The notes under the pieces were generated by a model, which ran no database searches, was not told the origin of the DNA, and was given only the letters and a program-made list of their open reading frames with translations. A program made the position numbers and the translations under genes. Positions 35,480-44,421 of a stretch of DNA of 64,000 nucleotides are shown in pieces (within the stretch, counting starts at the first letter, position 1; each line of letters begins with the position of its first letter). This DNA comes from Bacteroidales bacterium. Lineage in GTDB: Bacteria > Bacteroidota > Bacteroidia > Bacteroidales > Muribaculaceae. The stretch lies in contig JAJPXC010000095.1 of assembly GCA_021205635.1 (NCBI GenBank), positions 15,076 to 79,075 of the forward strand, read 5' to 3'.

Positions 35480-35550
35480 GCCACGAATTTCACGAATTGG
35501 CACTAATTTTCATAATCACTATATTAGTGTAAATTGGTGAAATTCGTGGC
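35480..35550. repeat. Second member of the GCCACGAATTTCAC hairpin family
   Basis: 14-bp perfect arms GCCACGAATTTCAC/GTGAAATTCGTGGC plus an inner imperfect stem (AATTGGCACTAAT/ATTAGTGTAAATT). Confidence 0.85.
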
Positions 35551-35655
35551 TAACCCATAATCAATAATTGGTGGTTAAGTGCTCAGTTATTGGTGGTTTC
35601 GGGGATTTTTCGTAAATTCGCGGCAAAATAACACAAAAATTCCACAAAGACATTT

Positions 35656-36222
35656 ATGGCAACAACAGCTGATTTCAAGAACGGCATGTGCCTCGACATC
35701 GACGGCACCTACTTCACCATCGTTGAATTCCTCCACGTGAAGCCCGGCAAAGGCCCCGCTTTCGTGCGCACCAAGCTCAAGAACCTCAAGAACGGCCGCG
35801 TTATTGACAAGACCTGGAACTCGGGCGTCAAGATCAACGAGGTGCGCGTAGAGCGCCGTCCCTACCAATATCTCTACAAGGACGACATGGGCCTCAACTT
35901 CATGCACACCGAGACTTTCGAGCAGATCTCCCTCCCTGCCGAGGTAATCCAAGGCAGCGAGTTTCTCAAGGAGGGCGAGATTTGCGAGGCTATGGTAGAG
36001 GCTTCCAAGGAGGAGGTGCTCACCTGCGAGATGCCCACCTCGGTAGTTCTCGAGATCACATATACCGAGCCTGGCATCAAGGGCGACACCGCCACCAACA
36101 CCCTCAAGCCCGCTACCGTTGAGACCGGCGCCGAGGTGCGCGTGCCCCTGTTCTGCAACATCGGCGACAAGGTGCGCATCGACACCCGCGACGGCTCCTA
36201 CGTAGAGCGCGTTAAAGCGTAG
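35656..36222 (+). CDS. efp: Elongation factor P
   Basis: ATG ORF 188 aa; [32 protein letters not shown] signature; strong terminator downstream. Confidence 0.97.
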   Translation: MATTADFKNGMCLDIDGTYFTIVEFLHVKPGKGPAFVRTKLKNLKNGRVIDKTWNSGVKINEVRVERRPYQYLYKDDMGLNFMHTETFEQISLPAEVIQGSEFLKEGEICEAMVEASKEEVLTCEMPTSVVLEITYTEPGIKGDTATNTLKPATVETGAEVRVPLFCNIGDKVRIDTRDGSYVERVKA

Positions 36223-36250
36223 CCCACTCCATCTCGGTAATAAAAATCAC

Positions 36251-36296
36251 GCAGATTGAAAGAATTGAAAAAAATATTCTTTCAATCTGCTTTTTT
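36251..36296 (+). terminator. Rho-independent terminator of efp
   Basis: GCAGATTGAAAGAAT-N10-ATTCTTTCAATCTGC followed by TTTTTT. Confidence 0.88.
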
Positions 36297-36350
36297 ATAG
36301 GCAGCCCTAAAGAATCCTTTAAATTCCTTCAATCGGCGTGATCCTATATC

Positions 36351-37541
36351 TTATAGGAGCTGGGCGCCGTGGCCGGGGCCATCGGGGATCACCAGGCGCC
36401 CGTCAACCACCTTTACCCCAGTGAAGCGGTCGTTGAGGATGTCGATGTTGCCGTCGAGATCGGCAAAATCCACAGCTGGCGACAGTTGGGCCGCCGCCGA
36501 GATGCCGCACGATGTCTCGGTCATGCAACCGATCATCACCTTCATCCCTAATGCCTTGGTCAACGTCAACATCTTCCAGGCCTCGCGCATGCCTGTGCAT
36601 TTCATCAACTTGATGTTGATACCTGTGAAGATACCTTTCAGGCGGGGGATGTCGCCAAGGCGCTGCACGCTCTCGTCGGCGAAGATGGGCAGCGGCGACC
36701 GCTCAGCCACCCAGGCGATGTCGTCGAGTTGCGTCTTGGGCATCGGTTGCTCCACCATCACAATATTGCGTTCGGCAAGCCAATTGATCATCTCCAATGC
36801 GTGCTCGCGGTCACGCCAGCCTTGATTGACGTCGACCGCTATTGGCAGGTCGGTAACCTCGCGTATGGTCTCAATCATCTCGCGGTCGTTGTCGCGGCCG
36901 AGTTTCACCTTTAATATATTATAGAGCGACGCGCACTCCTGGGCGTGGGCCATCGTCACCTCTCGGGTGTTGATTGTAATGGTGTAGGTGGTAGAAGGCG
37001 CCTTCTGTGCGTCTAGGCCCCAGATGCGGTGCCACGGTGCGCCAAGCAATTTGCCCACCAAGTCGTGTAAGGCGATGTCGACAGCCGCCTTACCGGCCGA
37101 GTTGGCCTCGTCGAGCGAGTCGATCCAAGCAAGGATGTCCTCCATCTCAAAAGGAGAAGAGAATTGCCCGATGCCATCAGCTACCTTTTGCAGGAACGAG
37201 CACACTGAATCGACAGTACCCAATTCCGCCGCAAGATACGGCGGCATCGACGCCTCGCCGTAGCCCGTGACGCCGTCGTAATGCAACTCACATTGCACGT
37301 CGGGCGTGGTCGTGCGAGAATTGGAGGCGACAGTGAACACGTGTCTCAATTTCAGCTCATAAGGGAAATACGTCAGTGACATGCGCCCCGAGCCGAGGGG
37401 CGTGCTGTTTTGGTTAACGTCCTTGGGCACCGATGCCCCGCGGCCAGTCACAATCCCACCCTCGCCCTTAGCGTTAAGGCCGATTGCGGCGCCCATGGCC
37501 GCCAGCGCCGTTGTTTTAAGAAATTGTCGTCTAGTGCTCAT
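36351..37541 (-). CDS. Dipeptide (L-Ala-D/L-Glu-type) epimerase, enolase superfamily, with Tat signal peptide
   Basis: ATG at 37541 (GTG at 37544 also in frame); STRRQFLKTTALAAMGAAIG twin-arginine signal; catalytic pattern LKVKLG, DVNQGW, VEQP, FADES, KLMKC. Confidence 0.8.
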   Translation of the reverse strand: MSTRRQFLKTTALAAMGAAIGLNAKGEGGIVTGRGASVPKDVNQNSTPLGSGRMSLTYFPYELKLRHVFTVASNSRTTTPDVQCELHYDGVTGYGEASMPPYLAAELGTVDSVCSFLQKVADGIGQFSSPFEMEDILAWIDSLDEANSAGKAAVDIALHDLVGKLLGAPWHRIWGLDAQKAPSTTYTITINTREVTMAHAQECASLYNILKVKLGRDNDREMIETIREVTDLPIAVDVNQGWRDREHALEMINWLAERNIVMVEQPMPKTQLDDIAWVAERSPLPIFADESVQRLGDIPRLKGIFTGINIKLMKCTGMREAWKMLTLTKALGMKVMIGCMTETSCGISAAAQLSPAVDFADLDGNIDILNDRFTGVKVVDGRLVIPDGPGHGAQLL

Positions 37542-37547
37542 CACTTA

Positions 37548-37608
37548 TTTCCTCCTTTAATCCTTTCTTCCTTTACTTTATCCTTTATCCTTCATCCTTC
37601 ATCCTTTT
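37548..37608. repeat. 61-nt polypyrimidine (plus-strand) word array; on the minus strand it is the purine-rich leader of the epimerase gene
   Basis: The minus strand reads aaaaggatgaaggatgaaggataaaggataaagtaaaggaagaaaggattaaaggaggaaataa; it contains (GGATGAA)x2, as at 24268. Confidence 0.85.
37551..37556 (-). promoter_or_regulatory. Canonical Shine-Dalgarno AGGAGG, 9 nt upstream of the epimerase ATG
   Basis: The minus strand reads AAAGGAGGAAATAAGTGATG; this is the only gene in the window where I see a full SD at proper spacing. Confidence 0.5.
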
Positions 37609-37672
37609 GAATCGGTAGAAGGTGTGTTCGATTAAGGCCGCGGTGTCAATCGAATACTCCTTCTACCGATTC
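37609..37672. other. Hairpin with perfect 14-bp stem spanning the mrcA stop codon
   Basis: GAATCGGTAGAAGG (37609-37622) / CCTTCTACCGATTC (37659-37672); inner TTCGATT/AATCGAA stem; the stop codon is at 37646-37648. Confidence 0.6.
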
Positions 37673-40018
37673 AACCACTTCCTCGGGATGCTCATATTCT
37701 CCATAATACTCTTTCTCGCAGAGGTTTAAATCCTCGGGGAACTCAAAGCGGGAATCCTGGGAATACGGCAACGACGGGTCGCGGTATACCTTGGTTATAA
37801 ACTTACCGTAGATAGGCAGCGCCATCGAAGCGCCCTGGCCTTGGGCCATGGAGTTGAAGTGGATGTAGCGCTCCTCGCCTCCTACCCACACGCCCGAAAC
37901 CAGGTCGGGGGTGAAGGCCATAAACCAACCATCGGAATTGGAGTTGGTGGTACCCGTCTTGCCACCCATCTCGGCGGTGATGTTGAACGGCGCGCGGCGC
38001 AGGCGGTTACCCGTACCCGAGTCGACTACATTCAACAGTATCGAGAGGATGCGATAGTAGGCCTTCTCGCCGATCACCTCGGTGTGGCGCGGCGAGAACT
38101 CGGCCAGTGTGTTGCCGTTGGAATCGGTAATGGAGGTTACGAAGATCGGGTCGACGCGCATGCCCTTGTTGGAGAACGCCGAGTAGGCCGTAACCATCTC
38201 CTTCACCGACACGTCGCACGGGCCCAAGCACAACGACTTCACGGCGGGCAACTCGTTGGTAATACCGAAGTTGTGCATATTGCGCACGAGCGTGGCTGGG
38301 TTCAACTCGTTCATCAGTCGGGCCGAAATCCAGTTGTTGGAGTTGGTCAACGCCCATCGTAGGTCGACCATCTCGCCCACGCGTGCCGATCCCGCGTTGC
38401 GGGGCATCCACACGTTACCAGCCTCGTCGGTAATCACCGGCTGGGCGTTAAGCAACTGGTCGCAAGGAGTATACCCTTCTTCCATGGCGTAGGTGTATAG
38501 GAACGGCTTGATAGTCGAACCGATTTGGCGACGTCCCTGCGACACCATATCGTACTGGAAGAAATGGTAGTCGGGACCACCCACGTAGGCCTTCACCTGG
38601 CCGTTCTTGGGGTCCATAGACATGAAGCCCGTGCGCAGGAAGTGCTTGAGATAAAGCAGCGAGTCGCGCGGTGTCATGACGGTGTCAATCGTTCCGTGAT
38701 AGGAGAACACGCTCATCTCCTCGGGGCGGTCGAACGTGGCCAACGCCTCCTGCTCGCTCATGCCGGCGGCGCGCAATGAGCGGAAACGGTCGGTTTGCTT
38801 CATCGACCGCAGGATGATCTGGTCGAGTTGTTTCTGCGACAGCTCCTCGCGGTTGGTGGTGAACGGAGCGCCCTTCACTCCACGTTTCTCGCGGAAGAAC
38901 TGCTGCTGGAGCGACGCCATATGCTCGGCCACGGCCTCCTCGGCATACTGCTGCATGCGGGAGTCGATCGACGTGTGGATCTTCAGGCCATCGGTGTAAA
39001 TGTCGTATTTCGTGCCGTCGGGCTTGGGGTTCTTCTCGATCCAGCCGAACAAGGGGTTGGTCTCCCAAGCGATGGAGTCGTCGATGAATTTTTGTTTCTC
39101 CCAGCCACGGTAGTCGCTGCGGTTGGGCTTCTTGGCGGTAAGCACGCGACGCAGCTCCTCGCGGAAGTAGGGGGCGATACCGTCCTTGTGGTCCACGCGG
39201 TGGAACTCCAACGTCAGCGGCAGGTCGCACAGCGAGTCTAATTCGGCCTTATTGATCTTGCCGTTCTCGTACATCAATTTCAACACCGTGTTGCGGCGCT
39301 GCCGTGTGCGCTCGTTATGGCGTACCGGGTTATAGAACGCGGGGTTCTTAACCATTCCCACGAGCGTGGCCGCTTCCTCGATCTTCAAGTCCTTGGGATC
39401 CTTACCGAAATACACGTAGGATGCCGACTTGATACCCACCGCGTTGTAAAGGAAGTCAAATTGGTTGAGGTACATCCTTATAATCTCGTCCTTGGAGTAG
39501 AAGCGCTCGAGCTTCACGGCGATCATCCACTCGATTGGCTTCTGCAAGGCGCGGTCGATCAACCCCGACGACGACGGCGAATAAAGCTGCTTGGCAAGCT
39601 GCTGGGTGATTGTGGAGCCACCGCCGGCGTTTTTGTTGCCCATCAAAAGGGTTTTGAACAATACGCGACCCATGGCCCGCATGTCGATACCTGAGTGGTC
39701 GAGGAATCGCGAGTCCTCGGTGGCGATCAGCGCGTCCACCACATGGGGAGAGATCTCGTCAAAATCGGCGTACACGCGGTTGCCGGTGTTGCGGAAGTAG
39801 CGACCCATCTCCTGCCCGTCGGCCGAATAGATCACCGAGGCAAACTTGTCATGGGGGTTCTTCAACTCCTCAACGGGGGGCATGTAACCGATCATGCCGT
39901 TGTATATCATGAAGAAAAAGACGATCGCGGCTGCGACGCAACAGCCAAACACCAGCCATAATGTGGTGATAATCGCACGATTGGATCGTTTTTTCACGGG
40001 TGTAGTCGGGGTGGTCAT
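37646..40018 (-). CDS. mrcA: Class A penicillin-binding protein (PBP1A: glycosyltransferase GT51 + transpeptidase)
   Basis: ATG at 40018 preferred over GTG at 40033 given a -7 box at 40044-40051; ATEDSRFLDHSGID, RVLF..L, STIKPF (SxxK), SNN, KTGTTN. Confidence 0.93.
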   Translation of the reverse strand: MTTPTTPVKKRSNRAIITTLWLVFGCCVAAAIVFFFMIYNGMIGYMPPVEELKNPHDKFASVIYSADGQEMGRYFRNTGNRVYADFDEISPHVVDALIATEDSRFLDHSGIDMRAMGRVLFKTLLMGNKNAGGGSTITQQLAKQLYSPSSSGLIDRALQKPIEWMIAVKLERFYSKDEIIRMYLNQFDFLYNAVGIKSASYVYFGKDPKDLKIEEAATLVGMVKNPAFYNPVRHNERTRQRRNTVLKLMYENGKINKAELDSLCDLPLTLEFHRVDHKDGIAPYFREELRRVLTAKKPNRSDYRGWEKQKFIDDSIAWETNPLFGWIEKNPKPDGTKYDIYTDGLKIHTSIDSRMQQYAEEAVAEHMASLQQQFFREKRGVKGAPFTTNREELSQKQLDQIILRSMKQTDRFRSLRAAGMSEQEALATFDRPEEMSVFSYHGTIDTVMTPRDSLLYLKHFLRTGFMSMDPKNGQVKAYVGGPDYHFFQYDMVSQGRRQIGSTIKPFLYTYAMEEGYTPCDQLLNAQPVITDEAGNVWMPRNAGSARVGEMVDLRWALTNSNNWISARLMNELNPATLVRNMHNFGITNELPAVKSLCLGPCDVSVKEMVTAYSAFSNKGMRVDPIFVTSITDSNGNTLAEFSPRHTEVIGEKAYYRILSILLNVVDSGTGNRLRRAPFNITAEMGGKTGTTNSNSDGWFMAFTPDLVSGVWVGGEERYIHFNSMAQGQGASMALPIYGKFITKVYRDPSLPYSQDSRFEFPEDLNLCEKEYYGEYEHPEEVVESVEGVFD

Positions 40019-40043
40019 AATTGATATCCTCACTTTAATTTCG

Positions 40044-40051
40044 CAAAATTA
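40044..40051 (-). promoter_or_regulatory. -7 box TAATTTTG for mrcA
   Basis: Reverse complement of caaaatta; 26 nt upstream of the ATG at 40018. Confidence 0.4.
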
Positions 40052-40072
40052 CGAAAATTCTGCGATTTTGCG

Positions 40073-40080
40073 TAAATTTG
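40073..40080 (+). promoter_or_regulatory. -7 box TAAATTTG for the fur-like gene
   Basis: Exact TAnnTTTG, 10 nt upstream of the ATG at 40090 (very short leader). Confidence 0.4.
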
Positions 40081-40089
40081 TAGCGGATT

Positions 40090-40572
40090 ATGAGCGACAC
40101 CGCTACCATATCGCAAGCCGAGGAGAGCCTGGGGCTCTACCTCGCTCAACATCGTATGCGCTTCACCCCGGAGCGCCGCGAGCTTGTGCGCATGGTCGAT
40201 CGCCAAGAGGGCCACTTCACCCCGGCCGAGCTCATGCAGCAGATGGAGCAGGAGGGACACCGCGTTAGCCTCGCCACTGTGTACAACGCCCTGTCGTTGA
40301 TGCTCAAAGCCTCGGTAGTGAAGCGTCACCAGTTCTCATCCTCGCAAGTTACTTACGAGAAGGTGGTGCGCCACTCCCCCGGCTCGGGACGCTTCCAGCT
40401 CGTGTGCAACTTCTGCGGCCGTATCCGCGAGATCAAGGACACCCACGTGGCGCGTTTGCTGCGCCGGCAGGACTTTGGGTCGTTCCACCCCGCCTGTTAC
40501 ACGCTTCACGTGTACGGGATATGCAACAGCTGCTACCGAAAACAGCGCAAAAACAAGAACCAAAACGTTTAA
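40090..40572 (+). CDS. Fur-family transcriptional regulator
   Basis: ATG ORF 160 aa; winged-helix N-domain (SLATVYNAL); two CxxC pairs (CNFCG ... CNSC) of the structural Zn site; His-rich regulatory site not obvious. Confidence 0.8.
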   Translation: MSDTATISQAEESLGLYLAQHRMRFTPERRELVRMVDRQEGHFTPAELMQQMEQEGHRVSLATVYNALSLMLKASVVKRHQFSSSQVTYEKVVRHSPGSGRFQLVCNFCGRIREIKDTHVARLLRRQDFGSFHPACYTLHVYGICNSCYRKQRKNKNQNV

Positions 40573-40604
40573 CTAGAAATATAACAATCGTTTTTCAGCA
40601 AATT

Positions 40605-41879
40605 ATGAAAGTAGACGTGCTTTTAGGCCTCCAATGGGGCGACGAGGGTAAAGGGAAGGTAGTCGATGTGCTCACCCCCCGTTACGACGCTGTAGCCCGC
40701 TTCCAAGGCGGACCCAACGCTGGCCACACTCTTGAGTTTGAGGGCAAAAAATATGTGCTCCGCTCAATCCCCTCGGGCATTTTCCAACATGGCCAAATCA
40801 ATATCATCGGCAACGGCGTCGTGCTCGACCCCGTGCTCTTCGCCGAGGAGGCACGCGCCCTCGAGGCAAGCGGTGTCGACCTCAAAAAGGTGCTCAAAAT
40901 ATCCCGCAAGGCCCACCTGATACTCCCTACCCACCGCCTGCTCGACGCCGCCAACGAGCGTGCCAAGGGAGGCGCAAAAATCGGCACCACCGGAAAGGGC
41001 ATCGGTCCCACATATACCGACAAGGTGAGCCGCAACGGCCTGCGCTTGGGCGACATCGACCTCGATTTCGACACCCGTTACGCCGCAGCTCGCGACCGTC
41101 ACCTGCGCCAATTGGAGCAGATGGGTGACGCGGCCGACATGGAGGCGTTGCGTCAAGCCGAGGTCAAGTTCATGGAGGCCATCGACTACATCCGCGGATA
41201 TGAAATCGTCGATTCCGAGTGGCTAATCAACGACCTCCTGACTCAGGGCAAGAGCGTGCTTTGCGAGGGCGCCCAGGGCACCATGCTCGACGTTGATTTC
41301 GGCTCCTACCCGTTCGTCACCTCCAGCAACACGGTCTGCGCCGGCGCCTGCTCAGGCCTTGGCGTGGCTCCCAACCGCATCGGGGACGTTTTCGGCATCT
41401 TCAAGGCTTACTGCACCCGCGTAGGCTCCGGCCCGTTCCCCACCGAGCTCCACGACGAGACCGGCAAGCGCATCCGCGACCTCGGCCACGAATACGGCGC
41501 CGTCACCGGTCGTGAGCGCCGTTGCGGATGGATCGACCTCGTCGCCCTGCGCTACGCAATCATGATCAACGGCGTCACCAAGCTCATCATGATGAAGAGC
41601 GACGTCCTCGACGACTTCGATACAATCAAGGCCTGCGTGGGCTACGAAATCGACGGCAAGGTCACCGACCGCTTCCCCTACTCTATCGACGACGAGGCCG
41701 CGATCAAGCCCGTCTACGAGGAACTCCCCGGCTGGAAGACCGACATGACCAAAATGCGATCCGAGCAGGAGTTCCCACAGGAGTTCAGCGATTATCTGGC
41801 GTTCCTCGAGTGCAAGCTCGGAGTGCCTATCGCAATCGTCTCCATCGGCCCCGACCGCGAGCAAACAATTCTGAGATAA
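40605..41879 (+). CDS. purA: Adenylosuccinate synthetase
   Basis: ATG at 40605; MKVDVLLGLQWGDEGKGKVVD, GTTGKGIGPTY, TGRERRCGWID. Confidence 0.97.
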   Translation: MKVDVLLGLQWGDEGKGKVVDVLTPRYDAVARFQGGPNAGHTLEFEGKKYVLRSIPSGIFQHGQINIIGNGVVLDPVLFAEEARALEASGVDLKKVLKISRKAHLILPTHRLLDAANERAKGGAKIGTTGKGIGPTYTDKVSRNGLRLGDIDLDFDTRYAAARDRHLRQLEQMGDAADMEALRQAEVKFMEAIDYIRGYEIVDSEWLINDLLTQGKSVLCEGAQGTMLDVDFGSYPFVTSSNTVCAGACSGLGVAPNRIGDVFGIFKAYCTRVGSGPFPTELHDETGKRIRDLGHEYGAVTGRERRCGWIDLVALRYAIMINGVTKLIMMKSDVLDDFDTIKACVGYEIDGKVTDRFPYSIDDEAAIKPVYEELPGWKTDMTKMRSEQEFPQEFSDYLAFLECKLGVPIAIVSIGPDREQTILR

Positions 41880-41884
41880 AGTTG

Positions 41885-41986
41885 TAAGTTAAAAGTTGAA
41901 AGTTAAAGGTTTAAGGTTAAATGATTAATAGATTAAAGCTTTAAAGAATAAGCCATTAACCATTAACCATTGACCATTAACCATTA
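41885..41986. repeat. Second copy of the AT-rich cassette plus a (CCATTRA)x5 array, ending at the DUF1015 start codon
   Basis: aagttaaaagttgaaagttaaaggtttaaggttaaatgattaatagattaaagctttaaagaataa, then ccattaa ccattaa ccattga ccattaa ccattaa. Confidence 0.85.
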
Positions 41987-42000
41987 AATAACCGATTACC

Positions 42001-43248
42001 ATGGCAAAAGTTAAACCTTTCCGCGGCGTGCGTCCGCCGCGCGAGATGGTCACCGAGGTGGCCTCCCGCCCTTATGACGTGCTCAATTCCGACGAAGCCC
42101 GAGCCGAGGCCGCCGGCAACCCCAAGAGCCTGTATCACATCATAAAGCCCGAAATCGACTTCCCCGTGGGCACCGACGAGCACGACCCCCGCGTCTACGA
42201 CAAAGCTGTGGAGAATTTCCACGCCTTCCAGGACAAGGGTTGGCTCGTACAGGACGAAAAGGAGCACTACTATATCTACGCCCAGACGATGGACGGGCGC
42301 ACCCAATACGGCATCGTGATCGCCGCCAACGTCGACGACTACATGGAGCAGCGCATCAAAAAGCACGAGCTCACCCGTCGTGACAAGGAGGAGGATCGAA
42401 TGAAGCACGTGCGCGTAAACGACGCCAACATCGAGCCGGTGTTCTTCGCCTTCCCCGACAACGCCGCCCTCGAGCAGATCATCCGTGACGTCACCCAGGG
42501 CGAGCCCGAATACGACTTCACCGCTCCCGACGGCTTCGGTCACCATTTCTGGGTGATCGACGACGACGCCACTATCCAAAAAATCACCGAGGAGTTCGCC
42601 AAAATTCCCTACCTGTATATCGCCGACGGTCATCACCGCACAGCCGCAGCCGCTCTCGTGGGCGCCGAGAAAGCCAAGGCCAACCCCAACCACCGAGGCG
42701 ACGAGGAGTACAACTATTTCCTGGCCGTTGCCTTCCCCGCCTCCCATCTTAAGATCATCGACTACAACCGCGTGGTAAAGGATCTCAACGGCTTGACCCC
42801 CACCCAGTTCCTCGACAAGATTAAGGAGCATTTCACCGTTGAGCCTAAAGGCACTGAGATCTATCACCCTCAGCACCTGCACAACTTCTCGCTCTACCTC
42901 GACGGGCAGTGGTACTCGCTCACAGCCAAGGAGGGAACCTACGACGACAACGACCCCATCGGCGTGCTCGACGTGACCATCTCCTCCGACCTTATCCTGC
43001 GCGACATCCTGGGTATCACCGACTTGCGCTCCGACAAACGTATCGACTTCGTGGGGGGCATCCGAGGTCTCGAGGAGCTGAAACGCCGCGTCGACTCAGG
43101 AGAAATGGCTATGGCCCTCGCGCTCTACCCCGTGTCGATGGACCAACTGATCAACATCGCCGACACCGGCAACATCATGCCCCCGAAGACCACTTGGTTT
43201 GAACCCAAGTTGCGCTCGGGCCTCGTTATCCACAAGCTTGAATCATAA
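42001..43248 (+). CDS. DUF1015-family protein
   Basis: ATG ORF 415 aa; MAKVKPFRGVRP N-terminus and IADGHHR motif as I recall for DUF1015; function unknown. Confidence 0.7.
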   Translation: MAKVKPFRGVRPPREMVTEVASRPYDVLNSDEARAEAAGNPKSLYHIIKPEIDFPVGTDEHDPRVYDKAVENFHAFQDKGWLVQDEKEHYYIYAQTMDGRTQYGIVIAANVDDYMEQRIKKHELTRRDKEEDRMKHVRVNDANIEPVFFAFPDNAALEQIIRDVTQGEPEYDFTAPDGFGHHFWVIDDDATIQKITEEFAKIPYLYIADGHHRTAAAALVGAEKAKANPNHRGDEEYNYFLAVAFPASHLKIIDYNRVVKDLNGLTPTQFLDKIKEHFTVEPKGTEIYHPQHLHNFSLYLDGQWYSLTAKEGTYDDNDPIGVLDVTISSDLILRDILGITDLRSDKRIDFVGGIRGLEELKRRVDSGEMAMALALYPVSMDQLINIADTGNIMPPKTTWFEPKLRSGLVIHKLES

Positions 43249-43252
43249 CGAC

Positions 43253-43933
43253 ATGACTTTCGGAATTATTGTAGCCATGAGCAAGGAGCTTCAGCTCCTG
43301 CTCGGGCTTCTTGACGAGCCTCGCGAGGTGACAATCAACGACGTGACGTTCCATCTTGGCGACCTGGCCGGACACCAGATAGTGGCCATGCAATCAGGCA
43401 TCGGCAAGGTTAACGCCGCAGTAGGCGCTCTTACCCTTATCGAGAATTTCCACCCCGCGCTGGTGATCAACACGGGCGTGGCTGGCGGCGCTGATGGTGG
43501 TGCTGACGTATTGGATGTAGTCGTGGGCGAGCGTGTCGCCTACCACGACACCTATTGCGGTCCCGGCACTCAATGGGGCGAGATCCAAGGGCAGCCCCGA
43601 TACTTCGAGGCTCCGGCCGACCTGCTGTCGCTCGAGTGCTTGCAACCTTCCGAGCACGTCAAGCGAGGCCTCATCGCCTCGGGCGACATCTTCGTCAGCA
43701 CCGTTATGGAGCTGGAGCGAATCAAGGAGATCCACCCCGACGTGATGGCCGTCGACATGGAAAGCGCAGCCATAGCCCACGTGTGCGCCCTGAAGAGCGT
43801 GCCGTTCCTGTCGGTGCGCGTAATCAGCGACACCCCGGGACATGCCGACAACATCTCCCAATACGAAAACTTCTGGGAGTTGGCTCCGCGCCACACGTTT
43901 GAGATCCTTAATACCCTTTTGCGCAGCATTTAA
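43253..43933 (+). CDS. mtnN: 5'-methylthioadenosine/S-adenosylhomocysteine nucleosidase
   Basis: ATG at 43253, 4 nt after the DUF1015 stop; GIIVAMSKE, GIGKVNAA, INTGVAGG, DMESAAIAHVC. Confidence 0.9.
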   Translation: MTFGIIVAMSKELQLLLGLLDEPREVTINDVTFHLGDLAGHQIVAMQSGIGKVNAAVGALTLIENFHPALVINTGVAGGADGGADVLDVVVGERVAYHDTYCGPGTQWGEIQGQPRYFEAPADLLSLECLQPSEHVKRGLIASGDIFVSTVMELERIKEIHPDVMAVDMESAAIAHVCALKSVPFLSVRVISDTPGHADNISQYENFWELAPRHTFEILNTLLRSI

Positions 43934-44421
43934 TGGAAAAAATCGCCAGTTTTCAGGTCAATCACCTGCTCTTAAAGCGCGGCGTGTACGTGTCGCGCCG
44001 CGATGTTACACCAGCCAACGAGGTGATCACAACCTTCGACATCCGCATGAAGGAACCTAACCGAGAGCCTGCCCTCTCGGGAGCCGCAATCCACACCATC
44101 GAGCACCTCGCCGCCACCTTCCTGCGCAATCACCCCACATGGCGTCACCGCATAATTTACTGGGGACCAATGGGTTGCCTTACTGGCAATTATCTCATCG
44201 TCTCAGGCGATTACAAAAGCGAGGACATCCTGCCGCTGATGCAGGAGACATTCCAATTCATCGCCGACTACGAGGGTGAAATCCCCGGAGCCACTCCCCA
44301 CGACTGCGGCAACTACACTTTCATGGACCTCCCCGCAGCCCGCGCCGAAGCCCGCCGCTACCTCACCGAAATCCTCCTTTCCCCTACCCCCGCCAACCTC
44401 CGATATCCCACCGAAGCATGA
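43933..44421 (+). CDS. luxS: S-ribosylhomocysteine lyase (AI-2 synthase)
   Basis: ATG overlaps the pfs stop (TAATG); 162 aa; metal-binding HTIEHL and GC.TG motifs. Confidence 0.93.
   Translation: MEKIASFQVNHLLLKRGVYVSRRDVTPANEVITTFDIRMKEPNREPALSGAAIHTIEHLAATFLRNHPTWRHRIIYWGPMGCLTGNYLIVSGDYKSEDILPLMQETFQFIADYEGEIPGATPHDCGNYTFMDLPAARAEARRYLTEILLSPTPANLRYPTEA

Noticed and set aside
40042-40072. Inverted repeat CGCAAAAT-N15-ATTTTGCG as a Fur box between mrcA and the fur-like gene
   Set aside because: The left arm is simply the minus-strand -7 box (TAATTTTG CG) of mrcA. The right arm is a -7-like sequence on the plus strand next to the fur -7 box. Back-to-back promoter elements explain the symmetry without invoking an operator.
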